DNA from: a virus
Taxonomy: Duplodnaviria > Heunggongvirae > Uroviricota > Caudoviricetes
IMG/VR virus record: IMGVR_UViG_3300007747_000008
Coordinates: 45,828 to 109,827 of that record
DNA: 64,000 nt
Reading direction: 5' to 3' (one strand)
Part shown: piece after piece, positions 1 to 10,048 of the stretch
Layout: each line of letters opens with the position of its first letter
Position numbering within the stretch: the first letter of the stretch is position 1
Program-made: the position numbers and the translations under genes
The notes under the pieces: generated by a model
The model's database searches: none
Told to the model about the DNA's origin: nothing
What the model saw: only the letters and a program-made list of their open reading frames with translations

Positions 1-2689
1 AAGTCATCCAGTTACTTTGATCATAATTTGTAGTACTGTTAGAAATACCGTTAGTAGCGATAAAGTTGATATATCCACGTAGTAATAGAGTGTTATGTTC
101 AGTAGAAGAATAATCAGTACTATTAAAATATGGAGTAGGGAATAAATCACTAGAATCCATTGGTGGTTGATAGTCTACAACTTTAAACGCATTATCAATA
201 CTATTGAAAATACGATTTTCTAATTCAAAAATGATATCATCCATTTTATCGATACCATTAATAACTTTATATGCTTTAGAAATAATACCAGTATGGCTAA
301 TATTATAGCAGCCTAAATCTTTACCGGCATAAACATATGTAGCTTTTTGTGGTGCAAATGCTTTTAAAATTCCCAAGAATTGTGGAGTTGGTGGAATAAA
401 AGTACGAGATGTGCTTATAGTACTACCAACATTATCCAAATAGAATGGGAATGTATCATTTTTACCAACGTTAATAATCCCAAAAATTGCATCAACTAAG
501 TTGGAAGCACTATTTGCAAGGAATGCGTTCTTATCTGCATCATACAAATTAATCATTTGGGTGTTAAATTTATTCAAGAACCTGAAATATTCACTTTGTA
601 AGAACATGAACGCTTCAAAAAGATCGATATTTTCATTTGCGGTATTAAGCATTAAAGGAAGCATTGATGCTTCGTTTTGAATAATTTGAGTACCTACCGA
701 ATTATCAACTAGCCCTTCACTCAAACGTTCTTCGTAATCATTAAAATCGTCAACACTACCAGAGGTAATATTTTTTCTAATAATTTCTTGGAAGTGTGGA
801 GTATAATCACCCTGATGAATATATTTTACAGATTCATTGTATGGGTTATTTTTTAAGTTAATTGGTATTTCATATGCACCGATATTTAAATCTGGAACTT
901 TATCTTTACTATAGGTACGGATGGTAACAACACTATCTTCAGTGATATCAACGCTATTATCAATAACAACTGAATCTACCATACCACTTAAATTTAATTT
1001 AACGGTATAATCATTAATTTTAATACCATCAACCATAATTTCTAAAATATCAGAAGTGTTTGACGGATCTATTTTCTGTGAAACTTCATAAGTGTGGTTA
1101 TATACATCATATGCTGCTGGTTGGTCAGAAGTTCTGTGCCAATCCATAAAAGTACTGTTATCCGCTTTATAGTAACGATAGTTTGCATCAACACTTCTCA
1201 CATATGCATACATGTTTTCAACTGGAGCATTGAAAAGTTCCATATCTTTCACTGTATCGAATACACGATACATTGCTGTTTTAGTTACTTCAGGAACTTG
1301 GAAAACGAATTGTTTAGATTCGTCGGTTGAGCGAACCCAGTCTGTTTTTAAATTATTTTGGAACCCAGTATCGTTCTCGGTGATGACATTATAATAATAC
1401 AATCCCGGAATCTCAGTAACCACCCCAAGTTTATTAAATGTATATCGAACACTTTGGATAAAGTTTTCAAAAACATAATAGTTATACGAACTCAATTCAA
1501 CATTAGCACCATAGATACTACTAAAATTATAATCGAAGTTAATTTTCAAGCCAAAGAGGGACGACCCAGCAAAATTACTACTAGGGTATAGTTGAGAATC
1601 ACTCAATTTTTGTGCATTGCGATCATACAACTGGAATAATGGGAATGTATTAATTCCAGCTTTAGCTTGAGCACGAGTCCATGCAGAGCCATTCCAGTAC
1701 AATGCGATATTTGCATATACATTACCGGACTTAACTAGAACTACATCACCAACATGTGGTTCACCACTTGGACGGTCAGTTGTTTCTTCATCTTCATCCA
1801 ATGCCAAACCATACACACGAGAACCACCATCCATTGATTTAATATAAACCTTATAAATGCGGTTATTTTCGCCGGGGTTACCAATACTAGTGAATAGTAC
1901 TCGATCACCCGCTTTTAAAATATTACCATCAACACGAATATTATCAGATTGGGATTTATTAACGATATCTTCTGGCTTTACTGAATCAGAAAGATAGTTA
2001 ACAACACCACGGAATTTAGTTCCATAGTTTAATAGTTCGATATTTTTATTATATTCAATAACTGGAGCTTGAGCACGAGCAAAACGAGAACTTTGTGCAA
2101 GTTCGTCAGTTAGAATAGTACCATCAGCTAGTGTTTGACCAACAGTATACCAGAAATTTTGCAATGACCAAGTATTGCCATTCAAGGCACCGCGTTCCAT
2201 TACCACATAATCAGGTGCAATGGCATATTCATTCTCAGTATCCCAAAGATAGGTACTGTAGTTAATTAATTTGTTTGGGTTGATTGGTGGAGTCCATGAA
2301 TAGAACTTACCATTGAAAAGGCGGTCTTGGTTTTCAGCTAGACAGCCGTAATTCTCTAGATAACCAACTAGATCTTCATAAAATTGCATACTGCGAATGC
2401 TTTGGTCTTCATTTTTAGATACATAAGCTGGACTTAGCTGATACGCTTGTCTTTGTTCTGTTAATTCTTTAATGAAAATCTTACCGGAAGCCGCTGGGGA
2501 GCTACTATCACCGATATAGCCGTCTACGATCTCTTGCTCAGCAGGATTAAACCACTGTTGAATAATATCATCACAAAAAGTTTGGATCTGTTCTAAACCT
2601 TGCATCCATTCTGGTAGTCTTTTTATGAACAATTTCTTGTTAACAGCTTCAGCAACTACAGTGGGCTGGAATTTAAATTCATTAGCCAT
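1..2689 (-). CDS. Large baseplate wedge/structural protein (gp7-like), runs off the left edge
   Basis: ATG at 2689 with GGAG RBS; my translation (MANEFKFQPTVVAEAVNKKLFIKRLPEWMQ...) stays open to the window edge; follows gp6-like gene; late promoter at 2725-2732. Not in the ORF track because it is truncated. Confidence 0.7.
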   Translation of the reverse strand, partial: MANEFKFQPTVVAEAVNKKLFIKRLPEWMQGLEQIQTFCDDIIQQWFNPAEQEIVDGYIGDSSSPAASGKIFIKELTEQRQAYQLSPAYVSKNEDQSIRSMQFYEDLVGYLENYGCLAENQDRLFNGKFYSWTPPINPNKLINYSTYLWDTENEYAIAPDYVVMERGALNGNTWSLQNFWYTVGQTLADGTILTDELAQSSRFARAQAPVIEYNKNIELLNYGTKFRGVVNYLSDSVKPEDIVNKSQSDNIRVDGNILKAGDRVLFTSIGNPGENNRIYKVYIKSMDGGSRVYGLALDEDEETTDRPSGEPHVGDVVLVKSGNVYANIALYWNGSAWTRAQAKAGINTFPLFQLYDRNAQKLSDSQLYPSSNFAGSSLFGLKINFDYNFSSIYGANVELSSYNYYVFENFIQSVRYTFNKLGVVTEIPGLYYYNVITENDTGFQNNLKTDWVRSTDESKQFVFQVPEVTKTAMYRVFDTVKDMELFNAPVENMYAYVRSVDANYRYYKADNSTFMDWHRTSDQPAAYDVYNHTYEVSQKIDPSNTSDILEIMVDGIKINDYTVKLNLSGMVDSVVIDNSVDITEDSVVTIRTYSKDKVPDLNIGAYEIPINLKNNPYNESVKYIHQGDYTPHFQEIIRKNITSGSVDDFNDYEERLSEGLVDNSVGTQIIQNEASMLPLMLNTANENIDLFEAFMFLQSEYFRFLNKFNTQMINLYDADKNAFLANSASNLVDAIFGIINVGKNDTFPFYLDNVGSTISTSRTFIPPTPQFLGILKAFAPQKATYVYAGKDLGCYNISHTGIISKAYKVINGIDKMDDIIFELENRIFNSIDNAFKVVDYQPPMDSSDLFPTPYFNSTDYSSTEHNTLLLRGYINFIATNGISNSTTNYDQSNWMT

Positions 2690-2724
2690 TTATTTCTCCG
2701 TAAAATTCATTTCATCATTTGATT

Positions 2725-2732
2725 TATTTATA
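2725..2732 (-). promoter_or_regulatory. T4-type late promoter TATAAATA
   Basis: Exact T4 gp55 consensus on minus strand 36 nt upstream of the ATG at 2689. Confidence 0.7.
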
Positions 2733-2763
2733 AAAAAATAAAGGCATCCGAAGATGCCTTTAA
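2733..2763 (-). terminator. Intrinsic terminator (cUUCGg loop)
   Basis: TAAAGGCATC-TTCG-GATGCCTTTA followed by a T-rich run on minus strand, right after the gp6 stop. Confidence 0.85.
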
Positions 2764-2765
2764 AA

Positions 2766-5700
2766 TTAATTACCAATATTAATATTACTCTTAGCAAGTG
2801 AGCTAATGATAGATACGTTATCAACCGTTGCAGTACTAATGAAAAGTTGGTCTGGATCACACGGAATCTCGAACAATTCACCAAATTTACTGTTTGGATT
2901 GTTTGGAACTAGAACAACCGTACTAATTTCAGTACTCAACTGCATATGAATGTAAGCACATAATTCAGTAAAGAAGAAAGTGTCCCCAAAATCCCAGTTA
3001 TCAACACTAAAGAATGTAGTCATCAAAGATATAATACGTTGTCTAATTTCATCATCACTCAATGAGCTATTTGGAACTTTAACAACTTTTATATCAGCTT
3101 GATAAGATGGGTCTGCACTTGGACCAAATAATGGAACATAATTAGCACTGTGCCAAATTATACTATCACTTATTACAATTTTATCTTCAACATCAACAAA
3201 CATGTCCTTTAATTCAACACTAGTTGGTGGTTTAGGGAATGTTCCAACCGCCCCATTCTTAACCCATAAGTCAAGATTGGTTTTATATGAATTAGTCAAT
3301 ACATACATATCAATTAAGTTAGTTTTACTTGGATCAATTCGATTATCATCAGGAGCATAATGCTTCCAATGGAACATAATACCAGTTCTTGCATTAGTTT
3401 TGAAATAATATTGACTTGACACGTCAACATATCCATAATATGATAGTTTCTTTGTTTCTGGAAGTGAATTATTACCACTATTCATTATAGCTCGATAGAA
3501 TGCCAATTCTGGAGTCATCGCCACCGTGTCTCCCGGTTCAGCCATAGCTGACATGAAATTATTCAATCTATCATTATTATTTCCAACATTCTGCTCAACG
3601 AAATATGAATTACCTTCGTATTGGAAACCAATAGTAAATCCAGAACCTTTATTAAACAAATCTCCCATTGTAGTGCTTCTTAGCTCTACATTTCGTAAAA
3701 ACTCATTACGTTTGTAGACGTTTGTTTCTGCCTGTGCATCTGATTCTGTATATGTCCAAGAAGAATCCAGTACAGTAAACGTAGACGTTGGTAAATCCAA
3801 AATATCAATGGTAAAATCATCATTTTCCCGGAATACCAAGATTCCACCGTATTTTAATGCGTCAGTTCCAGTAAAATTAGGAACTAAAGTAGAAAATTGA
3901 TTAGGTTCCAACGGAATACCATTACTATCAACATTTTTACTTGTCATAATCACACGAGAACCATCAATATAACCATTTTCTTGTTGAATTGTATCCAAAA
4001 TTTGAAAATCTATGTTCTGTGAAAGTCCTAAGTTAGTTGTTGCATCGCTATTACACGCTAAAACATCAATTTTATCTGCTTGTACTGTACCAGTACTAAT
4101 ATCTGATATACGCTTAGTACTAACAAAGTAGAATTTTACCTTATCACCACCAACAAATATATAATTTACACCATAACCATCAAATTCCCATGATTCAGCA
4201 GTGTATTGAACACGTACAAGTACTGGGTAGATAATATTGTTATAAACCACAGTAGATTCAGCAGTACTAACTTCAACGGGTATCCATGATAATGTCGTAG
4301 TATCATATATGATAACAAAATCGGTCTTTTTAGCCATTACTATTGAAATTGCTTGAATTTCTACTGCATCAAATTGAACACGATATGGTTTAATATAAGA
4401 ATAAATCGTCATTCCTTCTGGTATTGGTTGGGACAGAATATAATACCCATTTTCTTCCTGACCGATAATACTTGTCCAGTTTCCTGAAGAAGTTGAGCTT
4501 CTAAAATTGATTAGTGTTCCTACTGAGAATGATAGAGAAGGATTCCCACTAATTAAAATACGACCATATGTGTTTTTACTATATAATGAATTATATTCTG
4601 GTGTCCAAACTTCATTATCAGTTGGCGATACAGTATTTGGTGCCCATTCTTGATATGTTTGAATTACTGACGTTTGACCAATGATAGGCTGAATAGAATC
4701 CACAATAATAGTTTCATTAGACTTAACAGTTGGTAATAGCACACTATTACGATACGTAGTATTCTCTTTATACATTGCTCCATCATCGGCAAATACGTCT
4801 GTATTTTGGTATTTTCCAGTAGGATCATTGATATCAATAAATCTAGACTGCCCAGAGTAAATTCGATTTAATGCTTTAGCTTTTAGTACTGTGTTTCCCA
4901 ACATCAAAGGTGCAATATTATAATCTTCACCATTAACGAAACGGTTTTGGGTATAATACATTTGTGGTGCACGATCTTTAATTTGATCAATGGTTTCTGA
5001 ACTCTGAGCTAAGCCAGTTTCATATTGCAATGAGAATTTGATGTCTAAATTACTATTTTCGAAATCAGTTTGTGATTTAGTTCGGTAAACATATTTTACA
5101 CTCTTATTTTGAATGTCAGAAGTTTTAATCGTATAGGTTTCACCGTTACTAACACGATACCAAACACGGAAAGTTCCACGTGGTACTACACCACTACGTT
5201 GATCTGGAAATTTAATACTAATTTGGTCATTGTCGCGTGTTGTCACTGAGAAAATAGTTTTCTTCTTGCGATCAACCGAGTTATATGCAATACTTTCCAT
5301 TGATGGAACTTTTGTCCATTCGGTTCTTACAATACCATCTTCGTTGATTTCTTGTACCCAAACATCTGTTTCATTAATGTTATTTGTGTTGACATCCTGT
5401 AAGCGGTTCTCAATTCTAACATCATACTGGTAATCAGTGTATGAAAGAGTCCCCTGTTTGAAATAAACAAAAAAACCAGTATTTGGTGAAGAGAAACCAT
5501 TACCATCATTGCGATATATGATATATTTCTGATCCTGTGGTTCAGGGTGACGTTCATCTGCACCAATACTAGTAATATCAGGATTAACAACTTCAAATGT
5601 AGTTGATGTTCCATTTATGGTCGCAGTAAAAGGCAAACTAGGAGCACTCATTGGTAAAGTATTCATCCGATATAACTGATTTGATACACCGTCGGTTGTA

Positions 5701-6230
5701 TTTTTCTTAACAGGGTTACCAAATTGGTTAGTACTAACAAAAGCACTATTCATAACTAGAATAAAGTTTTCATACCAGTTTTGATCTGCTGGATCATTCC
5801 AGCGAATTGTTTTATTTTTCAATGATTCATTAAAACTGTTACGGATATCTTGGTTTGTTTTAATTTCAGTCAATTTAGCCAAGGCACGACCCGGATATGC
5901 ACGTTTTGGAGCATAGGAAATCATTTTCGCAAGTTTAAGTACTGATGCACGTCTCTCAGCAGTATCTAGAAAGTTTTCACGTGAGTTCAAGTCCATGCGG
6001 AAAGCCAAGTTCTGTCCTAGCATACTTATTGTATCTAATATGAAGATGAATTCTGAGTTTTCAATCCAGTCATTAAATGAATCTGGGTAGGTGAGGCGTA
6101 AGTAATTTATCATACTCTCACGAATGGTATCAAAATCGTAGGCGGTCAAATTGATTTTAAAAAAACTTTCATATACTTGTTTCCAGTTCTCTGCCGCATA
6201 AAGATTGGATTGTCTTTTTTGTTGTGTCAT
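2766..6230 (-). CDS. Baseplate wedge protein, T4 gp6-like
   Basis: 1154 aa; N-terminal YDFDTIRESMINYL...DWIENSE...FLDTAERRASVLKLAKMISY and QNRFVNGEDY motifs typical of gp6/baseplate J; follows gp25. Confidence 0.85.
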   Translation of the reverse strand: MTQQKRQSNLYAAENWKQVYESFFKINLTAYDFDTIRESMINYLRLTYPDSFNDWIENSEFIFILDTISMLGQNLAFRMDLNSRENFLDTAERRASVLKLAKMISYAPKRAYPGRALAKLTEIKTNQDIRNSFNESLKNKTIRWNDPADQNWYENFILVMNSAFVSTNQFGNPVKKNTTDGVSNQLYRMNTLPMSAPSLPFTATINGTSTTFEVVNPDITSIGADERHPEPQDQKYIIYRNDGNGFSSPNTGFFVYFKQGTLSYTDYQYDVRIENRLQDVNTNNINETDVWVQEINEDGIVRTEWTKVPSMESIAYNSVDRKKKTIFSVTTRDNDQISIKFPDQRSGVVPRGTFRVWYRVSNGETYTIKTSDIQNKSVKYVYRTKSQTDFENSNLDIKFSLQYETGLAQSSETIDQIKDRAPQMYYTQNRFVNGEDYNIAPLMLGNTVLKAKALNRIYSGQSRFIDINDPTGKYQNTDVFADDGAMYKENTTYRNSVLLPTVKSNETIIVDSIQPIIGQTSVIQTYQEWAPNTVSPTDNEVWTPEYNSLYSKNTYGRILISGNPSLSFSVGTLINFRSSTSSGNWTSIIGQEENGYYILSQPIPEGMTIYSYIKPYRVQFDAVEIQAISIVMAKKTDFVIIYDTTTLSWIPVEVSTAESTVVYNNIIYPVLVRVQYTAESWEFDGYGVNYIFVGGDKVKFYFVSTKRISDISTGTVQADKIDVLACNSDATTNLGLSQNIDFQILDTIQQENGYIDGSRVIMTSKNVDSNGIPLEPNQFSTLVPNFTGTDALKYGGILVFRENDDFTIDILDLPTSTFTVLDSSWTYTESDAQAETNVYKRNEFLRNVELRSTTMGDLFNKGSGFTIGFQYEGNSYFVEQNVGNNNDRLNNFMSAMAEPGDTVAMTPELAFYRAIMNSGNNSLPETKKLSYYGYVDVSSQYYFKTNARTGIMFHWKHYAPDDNRIDPSKTNLIDMYVLTNSYKTNLDLWVKNGAVGTFPKPPTSVELKDMFVDVEDKIVISDSIIWHSANYVPLFGPSADPSYQADIKVVKVPNSSLSDDEIRQRIISLMTTFFSVDNWDFGDTFFFTELCAYIHMQLSTEISTVVLVPNNPNSKFGELFEIPCDPDQLFISTATVDNVSIISSLAKSNINIGN

Positions 6231-6233
6231 GTT

Positions 6234-6383
6234 TTATTCCTCTAAGAATGACCAGTTGTGCCATTTTGTATTTTCAGATTTACAACGTTCGGAAACTGTT
6301 TGGCTAACGATATTATAATACTCAGCACATTCGTCCGAACCATGATGAGAACCGATATATCTAAACCCATAATATTCTTTCAT
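6234..6383 (-). pseudogene. Possible remnant of a Seg-like GIY-YIG homing endonuclease (49 aa)
   Basis: MKEYYGFRYIGSHHGSDE resembles the YIGSH motif of Seg-type GIY-YIG N-termini; ATG at 6383 with GGA RBS; ATAAATA upstream on the same strand. Confidence 0.35.
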
Positions 6384-6417
6384 ATTGATTCCATAAGTTA
6401 ATATAGAAATATTTATC

Positions 6418-6448
6418 AAAAATAAAGGCACCCCGAAGGATGCCTTTA
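6418..6448 (-). terminator. Intrinsic terminator (UUCG loop)
   Basis: TAAAGGCATCC-TTCG-GGGTGCCTTTA-TTTTT on minus strand after gp25; near-identical to the 2733-2763 terminator. Confidence 0.85.
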
Positions 6449-6453
6449 ATATA

Positions 6454-6846
6454 TTAAAAATTGGAAGCTATTGCTACCATCTTTTCGTTTGTTCGTCTAT
6501 CGAAAACAATTTGAAGTTCTTCAACCGAATCTAATTGCACATAGTACAATTGAATATTAATTCGATATCCATAATCAGTGTTTAGAACTTCCAAATATTC
6601 AAGATTAACTCTAGGTTCTTCATCAATTATACGCCGAGCGTCATCATCCAATGATTGTTTGGCACTCGGAGAATCTAATTCAAAAATCAAATCCCATCCA
6701 ATAAAACCATACTCTGCATCAAAAGCCCTTTCACCTTTTCTTGTATTAAAATGATTTAGTAAATCTTGTTTAACCAATTCTTCATCATATAATACATTAG
6801 TTAGTCCGACAACTGGGGATGAAAACCCTTTAAACGTAATTGCCAT
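6454..6846 (-). CDS. Baseplate wedge subunit, gp25-like
   Basis: 130 aa; LVKQDLLNHFNTRKGERAFDAEYG...EPRV is the gp25/GPW signature. Confidence 0.9.
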   Translation of the reverse strand: MAITFKGFSSPVVGLTNVLYDEELVKQDLLNHFNTRKGERAFDAEYGFIGWDLIFELDSPSAKQSLDDDARRIIDEEPRVNLEYLEVLNTDYGYRINIQLYYVQLDSVEELQIVFDRRTNEKMVAIASNF

Positions 6847-6856
6847 TAATTAATCC

Positions 6857-7345
6857 TTATTGTAATCCCTCTACGATTCTAGCCATTTTTTCAGCACGTG
6901 AGGTTGTTTGTCGATACCACCTTGAATCACGCATTTCTTTACCAGCAGTTGCGTAATCACCTTTACCCATCGCAAGTAGTGCTTTGCGGAAATTAAGTAC
7001 TGATGCTTTTCCCATTTGGAAAGTCATTTGCCATAATACACGTTGTAGTGCGTCTGGACCCTTCATCCCGAATTGTTCATAAATTGATTTAGCATCATTA
7101 TATGCATTGCGAGCATCTTTTAGTAGTAAGGCGTCTGCTTCAGCTTCGGTAAGACCGTTAGCAAAGTTTTCCCCAGCACGAACTAAATGACCATATCCGA
7201 TGGTTGGTAATCCTAGGCTATCTTTATAGACCCAAAATTTTCCATTTTTAAAATACCCTTTGGTGGCTTGAAACTCCTTAGTACCTTCATAGATTTTTAC
7301 ATCACTGAAAAACTGTGAGTCATTTGCGGTTAAAGTCCAACTCAT
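6857..7345 (-). CDS. Phage lysozyme (GH24, T4L-like)
   Basis: YEG...YKDSLGLPTIGYGHL (E11/D20/T26 equivalents) and SRWYRQTTSRAEKM C-terminal motif. Confidence 0.9.
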   Translation of the reverse strand: MSWTLTANDSQFFSDVKIYEGTKEFQATKGYFKNGKFWVYKDSLGLPTIGYGHLVRAGENFANGLTEAEADALLLKDARNAYNDAKSIYEQFGMKGPDALQRVLWQMTFQMGKASVLNFRKALLAMGKGDYATAGKEMRDSRWYRQTTSRAEKMARIVEGLQ

Positions 7346-7381
7346 ACTTTTATTCTCCTTTATTTAGTCGCGTAAAAATAT

Positions 7382-10048
7382 TTATTGACAAGCCTCCAAA
7401 TACCTCGCCATTGTTTCAGCACGTCTGGTTGTTTGACGATACCATAATGAATCACGCACATGTTGAGCAGCTAATTTATAATTACCCTTTTGTAATGCAG
7501 TAAACATTCCTTTAAATTTACCCAATGCACCAACCCCCATTTGGTAGGCCATTTCAGCTAATACAATCTGTGCCAAATATGGAGTTTGTAATGAGTATTG
7601 AGCATATAAACGTTTAGCACCATTGACCGACATCTGTAAATCTTGCATTAATATTTGCTTAGCCTGTTCTGGCGTGATACCATTATTAAATGCACCACTG
7701 GATCTCTCACTTGCGGTCACAAGGTGTCCATAACCAATGTCCTGTCCTTTTACCGGGTCTGGGAATACCCAGAATTTTCCATTACGGAAATGCCCAACAG
7801 CAGTTTGGTACGCAATAGTACCTTCAAAGTTTATAGTATCATTAACTAACTTTTCATCACTCGCGGTTACTTTCCACCCAATAGCAGCTTTATCAACATC
7901 ACCAATGGTAATTGCTGGTGTACTATCAATTGGTGCAGTCCGCTTAGCAGATTTTCTTCTAGGAACGTTTCTTGAACCGCGTTGAGAATATGTACTACCT
8001 ATACTTTTTACATTAGTCATTACTACTAATTCATCACTATTTTCAGAATAGGTTGTTGCATCCAATTGTGGAGCATTGGGATTACTTGGCTGTCCACCAG
8101 TTAATGTTTTATTAGCTGCATCTGCACCTTGACCAGTAACTGCGGTATAGAATAGTCCCGGATCAACAGTACCACTGAATCCATATAATGCGGATGATAT
8201 ACGTCTTATTTCAAATTGAATTACGCCAGTACCAGTACCAATTACATCACCTTTTTGTATTTTATTTCCATTAGAAATACTTGGATTAATACCATAGAAC
8301 ACTGATTTATACCCACTCATGTGGGCAATAACTAATCCATCAGTACCAATTAGAGTTACAGTACCAAAATCAGGTGCAACAATATTGCCTTTAGTTTGGA
8401 TTACCCATCCATACCGATCAGCAGTTTTACCATCATCGGTAGGCACTCCCTTACCCCAGTATCCAAATTCACGAATAGTACCAGTACATGGCATATACAT
8501 ATAAAGTCCTTCGAACGTCTGAGGATATGACATGCTATCACTGGAATAAAGCATGTCCTGAGTTACTACCTGTGATACTTCCTGAGTGCTGTTGATGTAC
8601 TGTACGGCCTCATAGGTCGTTTCTTCAGGTAAGGTAGGTGATACATCATTTGCGGGCTGTGCGGGCTGTGCTGCCGCTGCTGAGGACGATCCACCGCCGT
8701 TTATAGGGGGTGCCATAGCATTACTGTGATTACTTGCATCACTAAATGCAGCGTGCATGTGTATGTGGTCATTAAGTCCAACTTGTGGAGTTACAAAGTT
8801 TGGAGCACCAACTTGTTCAGTACTTGCAGTCCCGCCGCTTTTTACAGAGAAGTTATTACCACCACCACTTATATTCACGGATGAACCCATAATATCAACT
8901 GTACTGGATGCAGTAATTGCAGTATTGCTTCCTGATGTTATATCAACACTTGAACCTGCTTGTGCACGTAAAGAAGCACCAGTTACTAATCGTAAATCTG
9001 CACCAGCATTAATAACAACTTGACCACCAATTTTTGCATCTAATGAACCGACTAGATTTAATTTACTATTACCAGCAACACTACATTGAAAATCAGCACC
9101 TGCTTGAATGTTAATAGATCTTCCAGCAACTAAGTTTATATCCTCACCCATTCGAGCATTAAAACTTTTATCTCCATGAAGCATAATATCACCTTCTGGT
9201 GTCATTTCTATACGGGCAGTCCCATCGCGGTTAATTATAAACACAGAACCAGTACTTTCCGAAAGAAGTAATTGAGCACCACTTCGAGTACGTAATACAA
9301 TACCTTCATTTTTACGTGTTCCAACTGCTGTATCATTAACTGGGTTATTAAATTGAGTATCTTGGTAACCATCAGGGTCTTGGTTCCAGTTTTGTTGATT
9401 CAATTCAGAATCAGTATATCCATCATCCAAAACAAAACTATTTCCACGTGGAGAACTTAGACCATATACAGTACTAGTTACAGTACGAGTACTTGACCGG
9501 TTTGCTGCCCCTTTTTCTTCATCATAAAGAAGGTTTTGTTTTTTCAAACCTTCAATTGTGGGAACATTTGGATATTTTTCTTGTAAGTTGCTTTGGATTG
9601 TGTTACGATCATAATCAGTGACAGGGACGGGCATGTCATAGCCACTATTTGGTAAATTTTCAGTTGCCATTCCCGGAACCATTGTGTTCATACGATCATC
9701 GTACGCACAACCAAACCAGTAGGCTTCAAATTGACGTCCTTGAACGAATAGCACGGCAACTGTGCATCCTACATCAGGTGGAACTGCCCACCAACCGTAT
9801 CCCTTGGGAAATTGTTGGTATGAATTGGCTCCGGGAACACCCGGAGTCCTCCCTGCGAATGGGGATAGGTATGCAGCCTCAATCCATGAATCTTTTGCAT
9901 CTCTATCTCCTTGTGAACCTTGAATCCACACTTTTAATTTACCACTGTGTGTTGGATCACGGTTGTCCATTACAGTTGCTAGTTGTGGCAATCGTGGGTC
10001 AAATCTATTGAGTTGATCCTTAGCATACGCTTTACTTGTATCAGCCAT
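7382..10048 (-). CDS. Baseplate central spike, gp5-like (OB fold + beta-helix) with C-terminal M23-like and lysozyme domains
   Basis: DPTHSGKLKVW...PPDVGCTVAVLF OB-fold motif; Gly/Ser/Val beta-helix repeats; LNDHIH apex; C-terminal IGYGHL...SLWYRQTTRRA lysozyme. Start moved to ATG 10048 (AAGGA RBS; overlaps the upstream stop). Confidence 0.85.
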   Translation of the reverse strand: MADTSKAYAKDQLNRFDPRLPQLATVMDNRDPTHSGKLKVWIQGSQGDRDAKDSWIEAAYLSPFAGRTPGVPGANSYQQFPKGYGWWAVPPDVGCTVAVLFVQGRQFEAYWFGCAYDDRMNTMVPGMATENLPNSGYDMPVPVTDYDRNTIQSNLQEKYPNVPTIEGLKKQNLLYDEEKGAANRSSTRTVTSTVYGLSSPRGNSFVLDDGYTDSELNQQNWNQDPDGYQDTQFNNPVNDTAVGTRKNEGIVLRTRSGAQLLLSESTGSVFIINRDGTARIEMTPEGDIMLHGDKSFNARMGEDINLVAGRSINIQAGADFQCSVAGNSKLNLVGSLDAKIGGQVVINAGADLRLVTGASLRAQAGSSVDITSGSNTAITASSTVDIMGSSVNISGGGNNFSVKSGGTASTEQVGAPNFVTPQVGLNDHIHMHAAFSDASNHSNAMAPPINGGGSSSAAAAQPAQPANDVSPTLPEETTYEAVQYINSTQEVSQVVTQDMLYSSDSMSYPQTFEGLYMYMPCTGTIREFGYWGKGVPTDDGKTADRYGWVIQTKGNIVAPDFGTVTLIGTDGLVIAHMSGYKSVFYGINPSISNGNKIQKGDVIGTGTGVIQFEIRRISSALYGFSGTVDPGLFYTAVTGQGADAANKTLTGGQPSNPNAPQLDATTYSENSDELVVMTNVKSIGSTYSQRGSRNVPRRKSAKRTAPIDSTPAITIGDVDKAAIGWKVTASDEKLVNDTINFEGTIAYQTAVGHFRNGKFWVFPDPVKGQDIGYGHLVTASERSSGAFNNGITPEQAKQILMQDLQMSVNGAKRLYAQYSLQTPYLAQIVLAEMAYQMGVGALGKFKGMFTALQKGNYKLAAQHVRDSLWYRQTTRRAETMARYLEACQ

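Noticed and set aside
1094-1591. Short + strand ORFs (1094, 1212, 1358) and the other antisense ORFs in the track
   Set aside because: They are shadows of long genes on the opposite strand and lack RBS or motifs.
2733-6448. Near-identical terminators at 2733 and 6418 as ends of a mobile element
   Set aside because: They flank the essential gp6 gene in the same orientation and are ordinary UUCG terminators.
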